Positions 1 to 9,920 of a stretch of DNA of 64,000 nt are shown here, piece by piece. Positions within the stretch are counted from its first letter, which is position 1. Each line of letters opens with the position of its first letter. The position numbers and the translations under genes are program-made. Source of the stretch: an uncultured Candidatus Saccharibacteria bacterium. Its GTDB lineage: Bacteria; Patescibacteriota; Saccharimonadia; Saccharimonadales; CAZDQS01. The stretch lies in contig CAZDQS010000004.1 of the NCBI GenBank assembly GCA_964507855.1, positions 14,888-78,887 on the forward strand, in the 5' to 3' direction. The notes beneath the pieces were generated by a model. That model saw nothing but the letters and a program-made list of their open reading frames with translations. It did not search any database and had not been told where the DNA came from.

Positions 1-12
1 ATAACGTTCAGT

Positions 13-252
13 ATGGGGCTCTTGCAGCTCGTGGACGCACTACACCAGCTCACCAGCGAGCACCCCGCACACCTCATTATCAAACATCACGACACCATAT
101 ATGTTGCATCCGGCGGGGATGTCAGCACCACCAAGCTAGCAGAAGATAAAGAAATCTGGCGGGTCGAAACCGCCGCCAAGACGGCCGTCTGGTGGCTGCA
201 AAACCCAAGCAAACCGTTCGAAGCACTCACAACAGCGATAACCTCATCCTAG
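13..252 (+). CDS. hypothetical protein (79 aa)
   Basis: ORF only; no recognisable motif. Confidence 0.3.
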   Translation: MGLLQLVDALHQLTSEHPAHLIIKHHDTIYVASGGDVSTTKLAEDKEIWRVETAAKTAVWWLQNPSKPFEALTTAITSS

Positions 253-293
253 CGGTATTTAAAATAGACCAAATTTAGTTCATAATATAAAAA

Positions 294-1409
294 ATGGATT
301 CTGAGGCTTATCTTCATCGCGCTGGCCTGCTACGTACCGTAAACGCTTCGCTAGATAGGGAACTGGCGCGTGATAGCGACCCCGAAAGGCTCGACAGGCT
401 CATGCAGCTTGGCGCTGAGGCGGTAATTGCGGCTACTTTAGCGCGTGATAGCGAGCTGGTAACTACGCTTGCTGACTCGTTCAGGATAGTTGCCCGATCT
501 GAAATCTCGATTTTTAATCGGCTTACACCAAAGCAGAGAAACTCACTGCAAGCGATGACTTTTGCCAAAGAAAGCTCTGTTGATAGGATTGTCCAGTCCT
601 TGAGGGCTCAGGCGCCCATACGAGAAGAAGCCATGAAGTTCATGGACGACAGCCGCCGAGATATACGCCGCACGCAAGGAGAACTGTTTGCTTCTTTTAT
701 GAGTAATCGGTTGCAGAATCCTGGCCAAGGGGAAGATACACGCAGCTTCAACAAACGCCTGCTCAAAACCGCGACGCTCAGCGAGCTGGGGCTTAGACTA
801 CTACCGATCACCCGATGTGGAAATTCTGAACCATACAGCTTTCAGGTAGCAGGTGAAACCTTCTCGGATTTAGGCAACTCGGACCACGGCTGTCTCGTCA
901 ACGTACATGCCCTGCAGACAGAATATGACGCGCTCGTGGCGCTCCAGTTTATTGCCGCCAAATATGATTTTGGATTTATACCCCTTCTCGCAACTCCTAA
1001 TATCGACAGGATACGTAACTCGCATCAAAAATCACCACGGCTAAACGCGGATATTCTGCTCGTTAAGGACGATGGCACCGAAACCTTGCCCGTGCAGATA
1101 AAGGTTGATTGGCACGAACCGAAAAACGGCGCACGACAAAAAGAACCGCCATATGATGAGGAAGTGTTGATTATCGACTCCAAGACGCTCGGCACATGGT
1201 CATACGAAAATACAACCACAAAAACAAAATCCGGCAAGACCAGAACAAAGCCGCATGTACAATTCCTGGCCGGCGGCATCACGGCTGCCTTTGCCCGCAG
1301 ACAGGCAAAACGGGCGCCACTCCCTAAGTCCTTACAAACAATTACCAAGAACAGCCAGACAGAGCAAAGTATCGTAGAGGCACTACGATCAAAAGGCTTC
1401 GCAGCATAA
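294..1409 (+). CDS. hypothetical protein (371 aa)
   Basis: Long ORF with AT-rich upstream region. C-terminal half has E...D(ILLV)...QIK spacing loosely reminiscent of PD-(D/E)xK nucleases; not diagnostic. Confidence 0.55.
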   Translation: MDSEAYLHRAGLLRTVNASLDRELARDSDPERLDRLMQLGAEAVIAATLARDSELVTTLADSFRIVARSEISIFNRLTPKQRNSLQAMTFAKESSVDRIVQSLRAQAPIREEAMKFMDDSRRDIRRTQGELFASFMSNRLQNPGQGEDTRSFNKRLLKTATLSELGLRLLPITRCGNSEPYSFQVAGETFSDLGNSDHGCLVNVHALQTEYDALVALQFIAAKYDFGFIPLLATPNIDRIRNSHQKSPRLNADILLVKDDGTETLPVQIKVDWHEPKNGARQKEPPYDEEVLIIDSKTLGTWSYENTTTKTKSGKTRTKPHVQFLAGGITAAFARRQAKRAPLPKSLQTITKNSQTEQSIVEALRSKGFAA

Positions 1410-1410
1410 A

Positions 1411-1460
1411 GTTTGAGCGAGGCTACGAAGTAGAATCCTTTCGGAACACGATTTTGTTCG
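1411..1460 (-). pseudogene. decayed tRNA-Leu 3'-half fragment
   Basis: Contains an exact 23-nt copy (1434-1456) of the anticodon-stem/variable-arm segment of the adjacent tRNA-Leu (1534-1556). It is followed by a degenerate T-arm/acceptor-like CCTCGC tail; no 5' half. Confidence 0.5.
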
Positions 1461-1505
1461 TCTCCAACGGCGCACCTTAAGATGCGCGCCCGTGCGACTG
1501 GGATT

Positions 1506-1590
1506 TGGTGGGCGAGGAGGGAATCGAACCCTCAATCCTTTCGGAACACGATTTTGAGTCGTGCGCGTATACCAATTCCGCCACTCGCCC
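1506..1590 (-). tRNA. tRNA-Leu (anticodon CAA)
   Basis: Manual cloverleaf: acceptor GGGCGAG/CTCGCCC, D arm GCG-GAATTGGTATA-CGC, anticodon arm CACGA-CTCAAAA-TCGTG, long variable arm TTCCGAAAGGATT, T arm GAGGG-TTCGATT-CCCTC, encoded ACCA. Confidence 0.92.
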
Positions 1591-1783
1591 AACAAATTCC
1601 AGGGAAAAGCTTCGCTTTTCCGTATACCAGTTCCGCCTTGAGCGGCATAGGCTAAATTTAAAAAGTGCGCATGTACCGCTTTACGGACTGTTCCACTCTT
1701 TAGATTTATCTTGACAATCTTACCGTTTTTAACGCCGCAAGACAATATCTGCCAACTTATATTATACTTGATGACAAGAGGTA

Positions 1784-3019
1784 ATGCCTCTTATTATCGC
1801 TATGGCTACACACGACACCGACCACCAATCTCACTCTCCATCACCTTCTGGAAGCAAGAAGGTGATTAGCCCACTGCCCGGTGCCGACAGCATAAACGCC
1901 GCGGCAGAACTTGTGCGCAAACGGATTAACGAGATCTTCGGCCCGGAACCGGACGCCAAAGAAGAAATTGCCGAGGCCAAAGCTGCCGGCACTCATCGCT
2001 CTAAGCACCAGGAATTTATGTACCGTTTAAGCACATCCGGAAAATCCCTGGCCCAAATCCAGACTGAGTGGCATGAATATTACGTCAACTTGCCCGACCA
2101 TGAGAAGCACGAGGTCTGGCAAGAATTTTACGCGGCACACGACCAAACCAAGCGCCCCTCCGAAACTACTCCCGAAACACCTAGGCCCCTGCCAAAGTCT
2201 AAGCGTACGTCCCTCAAGCGCCCCGCCCCCCAAGCACCTGCCCAAGTCGTAAACGTTGCCGACCTCAAACAAGAATTGCTGCAGAAAGTCAGCAGCCGCT
2301 CACGCAAAGCCACGCACCACATACAGTCACTCCTCTTTGGCCTCGGCATGGGCTCGCTCGTCATGCTCATCCTGATGTTCGGCTTCTTCAATCAGCGCTT
2401 TATTGCGCCGTTCATGACTCCGAGCCGCGTCATCAGCAATACACCGATCATCCTTAATCCGAACGACACCACCGCCGGTCCCGAGCCGCGAATCATCATC
2501 CCAAAAATAAATGTCGACGTACCGGCTGTCTATGACGAATCGTCCATTGAAGAGGCGGCGGTCCAGCGCGCGCTAGAACGCGGTGTGCTCCATTACGCCA
2601 CCACGCCGAATCCGGGCGAGAAGGGCAATGCAGTCTTCTTCGGCCACTCCAGCAATAATATTTTCAATAGGGGACAGTACAAGTTTGCCTTCCTACTGCT
2701 CAAATCGCTTGAGCCGGGCGATACGTTCATCATCCACTACGACAGTGTCCGATACGTCTATAAAGTCTTCGAGAAGCGCATCGTGGCCCCGACAGAAGTT
2801 TCGGTTCTTAACCCCATAGCTGGCAAGGCCGCGACCGCAACACTCATTACGTGCGACCCACCAGGGCGCGACACTAACCGCCTCGTTGTCGTCGGCGAGC
2901 AAATATCACCCGATCCGTCAGGCAATGCAGAGAGTTCTGCGCTCAAGCCCGAACGCATGCCGGAAGTCGTCCCCAGCAACGCGCCAAGCCTGTGGTCACG
3001 TTTGACCGACTGGTTCTAA
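1784..3019 (+). CDS. sortase family transpeptidase with Pro-rich N-terminal region and TM anchor
   Basis: C-terminal domain carries the TLITC catalytic signature (ATLITCDPPG) and HSSN His motif; hydrophobic segment LLFGLGMGSLVMLILMFGFF. Confidence 0.85.
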   Translation: MPLIIAMATHDTDHQSHSPSPSGSKKVISPLPGADSINAAAELVRKRINEIFGPEPDAKEEIAEAKAAGTHRSKHQEFMYRLSTSGKSLAQIQTEWHEYYVNLPDHEKHEVWQEFYAAHDQTKRPSETTPETPRPLPKSKRTSLKRPAPQAPAQVVNVADLKQELLQKVSSRSRKATHHIQSLLFGLGMGSLVMLILMFGFFNQRFIAPFMTPSRVISNTPIILNPNDTTAGPEPRIIIPKINVDVPAVYDESSIEEAAVQRALERGVLHYATTPNPGEKGNAVFFGHSSNNIFNRGQYKFAFLLLKSLEPGDTFIIHYDSVRYVYKVFEKRIVAPTEVSVLNPIAGKAATATLITCDPPGRDTNRLVVVGEQISPDPSGNAESSALKPERMPEVVPSNAPSLWSRLTDWF

Positions 3020-3096
3020 CATACGCTTCGTACCAACCAGCCCATGAATAGAGCTCATAGCCCGTTGGCTTCTTGGCCATGTTTCAGCCTCTAACT

Positions 3097-4578
3097 TTAT
3101 TCCTCGACTATCAAAGATGTGCGGGTCACAGCGCTTCGCGCGCTATCCGTAACCGACGGTGCGATATTGAACACAGCATTGTAATCCCGGTTGAAGAAGA
3201 TGCCTTCGGCCAGGCTGGTTGGTGCCAATGTCCTGAGATTAATACCGTCATAATCAAACACAATCGTCTTGCCTTCGCTGACCGCAACCAGCCTGTGTCC
3301 GTCCATCCACATCGCGCGCTGTGCTCCGTCCAGCGGCTTCTCGAGTTCATAGCGGTAGCTGCGCTCCGTCTCCATATCAAACACGGCGAAGCGATTACCT
3401 CCCTGGGCAACAGCAAAGCGGGCATTGTGCGAGAAGCTAACAAAGCTTGCCTCGTCGACACGTAAAATCGCAGTCGCATACGGTACCTTAGGCTCAGACT
3501 GCTTTATGAGTGGGAACGGATCCCGATAGAGGTAAGCTCTGTTGTCAGCCTTTGAGCCCGCAATGATATACCACTTGTTCTCAAAGCGCGCCATATCAAG
3601 CAAGTACGTGTCGCTCGGCGACAATGTCCTGAGCTGGAACGAGCCGTCGTTGTCACGCACCTTTACGCTCACTTTGCCCTCGGGCGCGTCCTTCTCCGTC
3701 ACATACACGACATACTGCTCATCATGCGACTTAAAGTCCAAAACACCTGTCAAAAACGGCTCGATTGACCGATCGCGCAGCTCGGCAGCTTCGAGAACGC
3801 CGGTCTCTTGATTATAGAAGTAATAGCGGTCATAGCGCTTGTCACGCAAAACCAGCTCCGTCGGTGTGCGGCCAAACGCTTGCGAAAGATTTATGCTCTC
3901 CTCTGGCTTGTCGCGGTCGATCAAGATATACTCGCGGCCACCCTCAAAAGCGTGCTCCAACACAAGATGTCTGTTATCCGTAGACCACTCAACCACCTTC
4001 AGCGAACGGCCAGCCTTATCTGTCGTCATGAGGTCGGCGGGGAGGGTTATCCGCTGCGGCTCCACATCTTCCTCGTTCATATCATAGACATCAAAATCTA
4101 CGAAGTTACCCGGCACCTGCACCAGCAACCACTGCCGGTTGGGGCTAGCGGTAGCAAGTGAAGGCGTAGTTGAATATTGGCCCACGTCTGCTGTCTTTAG
4201 ATCAACAGGAAAGAGGAAGGGATACACAAACCGCTCAATACTGCCGCCGATAAGCGTAAAATCGCGCGTCCACCAATGGTAACCTTCGCGCTGCAGCTCC
4301 AAACTATACCGCCCCTCGGGCAGGTTAATGCGTGTATCGGTCCGCGACGAATGCCGCTCGCCATTCAAGAAAATATCCGCGGCCTGCGGCTGGGCGGCAA
4401 TATATACCAACCCGTTCCGGGTAATCTGGCCATCCTTGCCAAGACTGTAGCCAAACGTCAGCGCAGCGAGCACCATTGACCCCAACCCAATCGCAACCCC
4501 GATAAGCACATAGCCCACCATCAATCGGTTGCGGTGCGCACGCTTTTTCTTCGGGTCAAGAAAATCCATTAGCATCAT
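3097..4578 (-). CDS. PEGA domain-containing membrane-anchored protein
   Basis: N-terminal TM helix followed by a PEGA-type motif (FLNGERHSSRTDTRINLPEGRYSLELQREGY) and a long beta-rich C-terminal region. Confidence 0.7.
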   Translation of the reverse strand: MMLMDFLDPKKKRAHRNRLMVGYVLIGVAIGLGSMVLAALTFGYSLGKDGQITRNGLVYIAAQPQAADIFLNGERHSSRTDTRINLPEGRYSLELQREGYHWWTRDFTLIGGSIERFVYPFLFPVDLKTADVGQYSTTPSLATASPNRQWLLVQVPGNFVDFDVYDMNEEDVEPQRITLPADLMTTDKAGRSLKVVEWSTDNRHLVLEHAFEGGREYILIDRDKPEESINLSQAFGRTPTELVLRDKRYDRYYFYNQETGVLEAAELRDRSIEPFLTGVLDFKSHDEQYVVYVTEKDAPEGKVSVKVRDNDGSFQLRTLSPSDTYLLDMARFENKWYIIAGSKADNRAYLYRDPFPLIKQSEPKVPYATAILRVDEASFVSFSHNARFAVAQGGNRFAVFDMETERSYRYELEKPLDGAQRAMWMDGHRLVAVSEGKTIVFDYDGINLRTLAPTSLAEGIFFNRDYNAVFNIAPSVTDSARSAVTRTSLIVEE

Positions 4579-4706
4579 TATAAATCATCGCGCGCGGAAA
4601 CAAATGGGCTACTGGAGACAAATTCACCATAAGCGGGTATTGCGAGCTTTAGACACTAGCGGTACTATACATAGTAGAACCGAACAAAAGAGGGTAACAA
4701 AAAACA

Positions 4707-5996
4707 GTGGGACAGGGAAAAACATTTGTGGAGCTGAATGGCAAACGGTACGACACCCGGACCGGACGTGTGCTTGATATTGTCGCGCCAAAAAGCGCAG
4801 CAGTAGCCAAAAAGCCGCTTCACATCCGTAAGGCCAAACCCTCAACCGGCAAGCATGTTGACGGGTTCGTGCGCGCACATGCCAGCAAAGTCGCCGTAGC
4901 CGCACCAAAGCCGGCACCCAAGCCAGCCGCACCCGCTCCTGTCGCAGTTAAGACGGAGGAACCGAAGCCCAAGAAGCAAGTCGACCGCAACGTCAAGCAC
5001 CTTCGCCGTCGTTCACCGCAAAAGGCAAAAACGCTCATGCGTACCGCTGTCAAAAAGCCGAACAAGACACCTGTCCAGGCGATTGCCTCTCCGGTACAGT
5101 CATCACCGTATCTCTCATTCTTGAGCGAGCCGGCAAACATCATCACCGCACGTGTGGCTTCAGAGCGAGCAACCCGCGCTATCAAGACCCAGAAAAGCGC
5201 GCTCATCAGCCGCTTTGGCGAGCTTGAACAAGCCATTATCAAAAAATCAGAGCAGATAAATGTCCGTGTTGCGCCGTCAAGCCAATCATTCAAGCCCATA
5301 CCGCAGAACGTTCCCGTAACCCAGCCGGCCAAAAAGCCAGCCGTAGCGCAATCAGCCGCGCCGGCGCGCCCACAAAAACCAAGCACCCACAATGCTGCCA
5401 AGCCTCAGCACGCCAAACCCGCCCCGTCGAAGAAAGCCGACGAACTTTTCGCCAAGGCGCTTGAGTCCGCCACCAGCCACCAGCACAAACCCGCCCCCAA
5501 GCCGAAAGCCCGCCAACGGCTCGCCCACAGCTTAGGGATGAGCACGCGAAGCGTCAGCCTCAGCGCAGCGGCCTTGAGCGTCTTGCTGTTAGCTGGCTTT
5601 TTCGCGTACCAGAACGTACCAAATTTCGCTATGCGCCTGGCAGCCTCGAAGGCCGGTTTCGCTGCCTCAATGCCTGGCTACCACCCTGCCGGCTTTACCA
5701 TGGACGGGCCGATTGCTTACGGCCCAGGGCACATCACCCTCAACTTCAAGTCCACGACCGACGAACGCTACTACAAGATCACCCAGCGGCCCTCCAACTG
5801 GAACAGCGAAACATTACTTGACCAGTATGTCGCAGCCGAGCGCCGGTCTTACCAGACCTACCAAAACCAAGGCAAAACCGTCTACATATACGATGGCGCG
5901 AACGCGACCTGGGTAGACGGCGGCGTCTGGTTCCACATCGAAGCTAGCGACAGCCTCAATAGCGACCAGCTACTCAAAGTCGCCAGCAGCTTGTAA
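4707..5996 (+). CDS. Lys/Ala/Pro-rich membrane protein with DUF4367-like C-terminal domain (anti-sigma-factor-like architecture)
   Basis: GTG start; low-complexity N-terminal half, one TM (LSAAALSVLLLAGFFAY). C-terminus ends ...SDSLNSDQLLKVASSL, typical of DUF4367. Confidence 0.6.
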   Translation: MGQGKTFVELNGKRYDTRTGRVLDIVAPKSAAVAKKPLHIRKAKPSTGKHVDGFVRAHASKVAVAAPKPAPKPAAPAPVAVKTEEPKPKKQVDRNVKHLRRRSPQKAKTLMRTAVKKPNKTPVQAIASPVQSSPYLSFLSEPANIITARVASERATRAIKTQKSALISRFGELEQAIIKKSEQINVRVAPSSQSFKPIPQNVPVTQPAKKPAVAQSAAPARPQKPSTHNAAKPQHAKPAPSKKADELFAKALESATSHQHKPAPKPKARQRLAHSLGMSTRSVSLSAAALSVLLLAGFFAYQNVPNFAMRLAASKAGFAASMPGYHPAGFTMDGPIAYGPGHITLNFKSTTDERYYKITQRPSNWNSETLLDQYVAAERRSYQTYQNQGKTVYIYDGANATWVDGGVWFHIEASDSLNSDQLLKVASSL

Positions 5997-6024
5997 TATA
6001 TTTGCTACGTTGTAAAATATATTT

Positions 6025-6267
6025 ATGACAAACCGTGGACTACGTAATACTGTAGCAGCCGCCGCTCTTGTGGCTGGCACGTATGCTGGCGTTTCGGCAG
6101 CTTCGCACGAAGTAGCGCCCGGCACAGAATTTGCAACCATACATTTTGGCGAAACTAGCATACCCCTTAATGAACAACGGCTCGCACAAGCCGTGCTGGC
6201 AGTCGGTAACTTCGCCCTGGCCGGCGTTGCCGTAGCGGTGACAGATAAGCAAGCCCGGACTGAATAA
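6025..6267 (+). CDS. small hypothetical protein, signal-peptide-like N-terminus
   Basis: 80-aa ORF with AAAALVAGTYAGVSAAS hydrophobic N-terminus. Confidence 0.35.
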   Translation: MTNRGLRNTVAAAALVAGTYAGVSAASHEVAPGTEFATIHFGETSIPLNEQRLAQAVLAVGNFALAGVAVAVTDKQARTE

Positions 6268-6307
6268 ATTTCTACCTGAGCCACCCCTTAAGGTACAATA
6301 AGCCCTG

Positions 6308-7735
6308 ATGAATACTGTTCGCACCCGATTTGCACCGAGCCCGACGGGATATTTGCACGTTGGCGGTATCCGTACCGCGTTGTTTGCCTGGCTGGTCGCA
6401 CGCCAGGCAGGCGGCCAGTTTATCTTGCGCTTTGAGGATACTGACAAGAAGCGGGAAGTCGAAGGCGCCCGTGAACACCTTATAAAAAGCCTCCGTACCC
6501 TCGGTATGGAATATGACGAAGGTCCCGACAAGGGCGGCCCGTTTGCACCCTATGTCCAAAGCGAACGCCTGGACAGTTACAAGGTCTGGGCACAGAAGCT
6601 GATTGATGCCGGCCGCGCCTATGCCGACCCGTACACGCCTGAGGAAGTGCAGAAGTTCCGCGAACAGGCGCAAGCAGCAAAACGACCGTTCCTGTACCGC
6701 AACCACCGCCCCGAAAACCCGCCTGCGTGGGATGGCACACGACCCTTGCGTTTTAAGTCCGACCCGAAGCCTTACCGTTGGCACGACGAAGTCATGGGCG
6801 ATCTTTCAACCGGCCCAGAAGTCATTGACGACTTTATCCTTATCAAATCCGACGGTTACCCGACGTACAACTTCGCGCATATTATCGATGACGCAGAGAT
6901 GGAGATAACTCATGTCATCCGGGGCCAGGAGTTCCTGGCAAGCGTACCGAATTACCTCAACCTCTATGAAGCACTTGGCCTAACACCGCCTATCATGGCG
7001 ACCATGCCACACGTACTCGGCCCCGACGGCAAGAAAAAGCTCTCCAAGCGTGACGGCGCCAAGGATGTACTGGATTATGTCCGGGAAGGCTACTTGCCGG
7101 AAGCGCTTGTAAGCTTTATTGCAACCTTAGGCTGGAACGACGGCACCGAGCAAGAAGTCTTTACCGTCGAGGAACTGATTAAAAAATTCAGCCTCGACCG
7201 TGTCCAGAAGAGCGGCGCGCGCTTTGATGAGCGCCGCCTGCTGTGGGTAAACGGCCACTTTATCCGCGAGCTGCCGCTCGACGAATTGTACATCCGGGTT
7301 AAGGAGTACTGGCCGGAAGAATCTGCCAGCTTTGATGATGCATATAAAAAGAGTGTGCTGGCTCTCGTACAGGAACGCCTCAAATTCTTTGCCGAACTGC
7401 CTGAACTGACCCGGTTTTTCTTTACCGACTTGCCGCTAAACCCCGAGCTTATAGGCACTCACAAGCAGCTGAAAAAGCTGTCCGGCGAGGAGCTGAAATC
7501 ACTGCTTGAGCAAGCACGCGGGATTATTGCTGATAGCGACTTCAGCGCTGAAGAACTACAAAAAGACCTGAACGAACTACTGGAATCCACCGGCCAGAAG
7601 CCAGCCGTATTGTTCAGCCTTATCCGCATAGCCACCACTCAAAGCCCAGCTAGCCCCGGCCTCGCCGAAACGCTTGCAATCTTGGGTAAAGAAACCACGC
7701 TCCGCCGCATCGACGAGCAACTAGCTCAGCTCTAG
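6308..7735 (+). CDS. gltX: glutamate--tRNA ligase
   Basis: RFAPSPTGYLHVGG (HIGH-type) and KLSKRDG (KMSKS-type) class I signatures; full-length 475 aa. Confidence 0.95.
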   Translation: MNTVRTRFAPSPTGYLHVGGIRTALFAWLVARQAGGQFILRFEDTDKKREVEGAREHLIKSLRTLGMEYDEGPDKGGPFAPYVQSERLDSYKVWAQKLIDAGRAYADPYTPEEVQKFREQAQAAKRPFLYRNHRPENPPAWDGTRPLRFKSDPKPYRWHDEVMGDLSTGPEVIDDFILIKSDGYPTYNFAHIIDDAEMEITHVIRGQEFLASVPNYLNLYEALGLTPPIMATMPHVLGPDGKKKLSKRDGAKDVLDYVREGYLPEALVSFIATLGWNDGTEQEVFTVEELIKKFSLDRVQKSGARFDERRLLWVNGHFIRELPLDELYIRVKEYWPEESASFDDAYKKSVLALVQERLKFFAELPELTRFFFTDLPLNPELIGTHKQLKKLSGEELKSLLEQARGIIADSDFSAEELQKDLNELLESTGQKPAVLFSLIRIATTQSPASPGLAETLAILGKETTLRRIDEQLAQL

Positions 7736-7888
7736 CGCCTCGGTGGCAGCCTTAACGTCTGCTTGCAGCTCAGCAACCTGGATAGCAACAACCTCCAGTG
7801 CATCTTCAATGCCTGCAACTTTACCGAGCGCAAGGCAGGTGAGTTCATTAAGTTCCGGCAGCCGCCGGTATTTCAAATTCTCTTTCAT
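7721..7888 (-). CDS. possible small coiled-coil protein (55 aa from internal ATG MKENLKYRR...)
   Basis: ORF only; convergent 15-nt overlap with gltX stop; the longer 87-aa version runs into a GC-rich segment and is unlikely. Confidence 0.2.
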   Translation of the reverse strand: MKENLKYRRLPELNELTCLALGKVAGIEDALEVVAIQVAELQADVKAATEALELS

Positions 7889-8050
7889 AATAATCAGTTT
7901 GTTAGGTTGAGCATGAGGGTGGGGGACGAGTCGGGAAGGGGTAGCCAGATGGCGACCATCATCTTCCGCGAGCCGTCCGCCCACACCTCATGTGCCGGGA
8001 TTTCCGGCGCAGTAGCAGACTTGGCCGAAGCCGAGCCTTGATCGTGCAGG

Positions 8051-8995
8051 TCAGAGGTCGAGAGACAGAAGCGCAACAGCGCCGATCGCTCCCGCCTTCT
8101 CTCCGAACTGCGACAACTTGACGCTGGGCTTCTGTGCCATGGTCAGTTCGTCGCGAAGCCGAGCCTCCAGCTCCTCGAGGAGCCACGGCTGCTTGGCAGC
8201 GATGCCGCCGCTAAAGGTTACCAGCGGGACATCGAGGAGCATCAAGGCGTTCCGGATCCCCATAGTCATGAGGCCCAGAATCTCCTTCCACTCACGACCG
8301 CCAGGCTTCAGCGCCTCAGCCGGCTGTCCGTAAGTTGCCCTGATGCCGTTGCCGCCAACGGAGGCCTCGAGACACCCGTACTGGCCGCACTTACACTGAC
8401 GCTTGCCACCGAAGAAGACTCGCTGGTGTCCGATCTCCGTCGGCCAGACCTTCGGCCGCCCTTCGATGTGCCGAACGATCGCGCCGCCGACGCCGGTTCC
8501 CCAGATCATGCCGAGGAAGTCGTCTTCCTGACCAAAGCCGTAGACGGCGTCTGCGAGTGCGGCCGCTTCGGCATCGTTGCCGAACACCACGGGACACTGG
8601 TTGGCGTCGCGGAAATATTCCACGATTTGCACGCCGACCCAATGGGGCAGGTTGGCCGACCCAGCAAGGTGGGTTCGCTCCGGGCTAACCTTGCCGGCGA
8701 CGGCCAGGCCGATGCCCTCGACGGGTCCATAAAGGTCCGCGAGGTCATAGATGGCCCGCTGAATAGCCCAGAGGTCATTCATGCAGCCAATCTCGCCCTT
8801 GTCGAGCGTCCGCTCTCGGACTTCTCTGCGGTCCACCTCCACGCCTTTGTCACGCGAAGGGAAGACACCGATCTTGGCGCTCGTGCCGCCAACGTCAATT
8901 CCAAGGTACAAGGTATTCTCCTTGCTCGGGGGGTCAATGACCCATGAACCTGCACGTGAACGATCGACCTTGAGCTCCTCGGTAACGAGGGTCAA
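8051..8995 (-). CDS. ROK family sugar kinase (glucokinase-like)
   Basis: LGIDVGGTSAKIG ATP-binding motif and CKCGQYGCLEA zinc/ROK signature. GC3-rich codon usage unlike its neighbours. Confidence 0.85.
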   Translation of the reverse strand: MTLVTEELKVDRSRAGSWVIDPPSKENTLYLGIDVGGTSAKIGVFPSRDKGVEVDRREVRERTLDKGEIGCMNDLWAIQRAIYDLADLYGPVEGIGLAVAGKVSPERTHLAGSANLPHWVGVQIVEYFRDANQCPVVFGNDAEAAALADAVYGFGQEDDFLGMIWGTGVGGAIVRHIEGRPKVWPTEIGHQRVFFGGKRQCKCGQYGCLEASVGGNGIRATYGQPAEALKPGGREWKEILGLMTMGIRNALMLLDVPLVTFSGGIAAKQPWLLEELEARLRDELTMAQKPSVKLSQFGEKAGAIGAVALLSLDL

Positions 8996-9182
8996 AGTAT
9001 GATTATTTTATAATAATGTAAGCTTTTTATCAAGATTGGTGCAGTCCGCTACCAGCTTTGTACAACATAATAAAATGAGGTATTGCATGAAGAGAGCGGG
9101 GCCGGGAGGCGGAGAGGTGAAGGCTGGCGCGTGATGGCCAATCTTCAGCGCTCTCCGCCGCCGGCTCATCTCCCTGAAGCAG

Positions 9183-9920
9183 CTAGCGCTGCTTCTTGTT
9201 CTTGCCCTTGCCCTTCTTCGGCGCCTCGGCTGCCTCCTCGGAGGAAACCTCCTTCGGCACCCGGCGCCTCCGCGACTTCTTGGACCGCGGCTTGCGGGCC
9301 GGCGTGACGTCGATGCCGAGACGGCGGACCGCCGCGGTGTCGCGTACCCAGTCCCAGAAGTCGTCGATGAGCTCGACCATCTTCAGGGCGTTGTCGCCGG
9401 TGTCCAGGGGCTGGCCGAGGACGTAGTGACAGTCGGGCTGGGTGGTGCCGCGGAACTGGCCGTAGAGCTTGTGCCCCACGACCTGGAGTCGCTGCCTCTC
9501 CAGCCACTGGGACCGGAGTTGCAGGTCCTGCTTGGTCCGCCGCAGGAGACTGAACCACAGGTAGTTCAGGTCATCCTGCGTCTTCGGCTCCACGTCGGCG
9601 TACGACATGAGGTCGTCGCGGCGCTCCTGCGAGAGCAGGGGATAGTGCGGGTCGGCCACCACGTCCGCGAAGGCCTCCAGGGTCTCCATGAGGCGGGCGT
9701 GGATACGGGTGAGCAGCGACTCGATGAAGTCGAGCCGCCGGGAGAGAGAACCCGGGGTGTACCCTCGGGCCCTGAGCTTGCCGATGCCACCGGAGCGGTA
9801 GTCGGCGAGGATCTTGGCCGGCTTGCCGTAGAGCCACGTACTGAGCGGGTGCTCGCACAGGCTGTTGAGGCGGGCCGTGAGCGGGCTGCTGACGGGACGG
9901 TCGACGAGCTGGGTACCCAT
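9183..9920 (-). CDS. hypothetical protein (245 aa) with Lys/Arg-rich C-terminal tail, high-GC
   Basis: Long ORF preceded by GGAGG 9 nt upstream of the ATG. The very high G+C generates spurious ORFs in all other frames. Confidence 0.6.
   Translation of the reverse strand: MGTQLVDRPVSSPLTARLNSLCEHPLSTWLYGKPAKILADYRSGGIGKLRARGYTPGSLSRRLDFIESLLTRIHARLMETLEAFADVVADPHYPLLSQERRDDLMSYADVEPKTQDDLNYLWFSLLRRTKQDLQLRSQWLERQRLQVVGHKLYGQFRGTTQPDCHYVLGQPLDTGDNALKMVELIDDFWDWVRDTAAVRRLGIDVTPARKPRSKKSRRRRVPKEVSSEEAAEAPKKGKGKNKKQR

Noticed and set aside
2421-2440. An additional CUGAUGA hammerhead-core match on the minus strand inside the sortase gene. Similar matches occur at about 18960 (plus strand, within the minus-strand pilin gene) and about 27865 (minus strand, within dprA)
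   Set aside because: None has a following stem II plus GAAA or a stem III with a UH cleavage site. These are chance heptamers within coding sequence.
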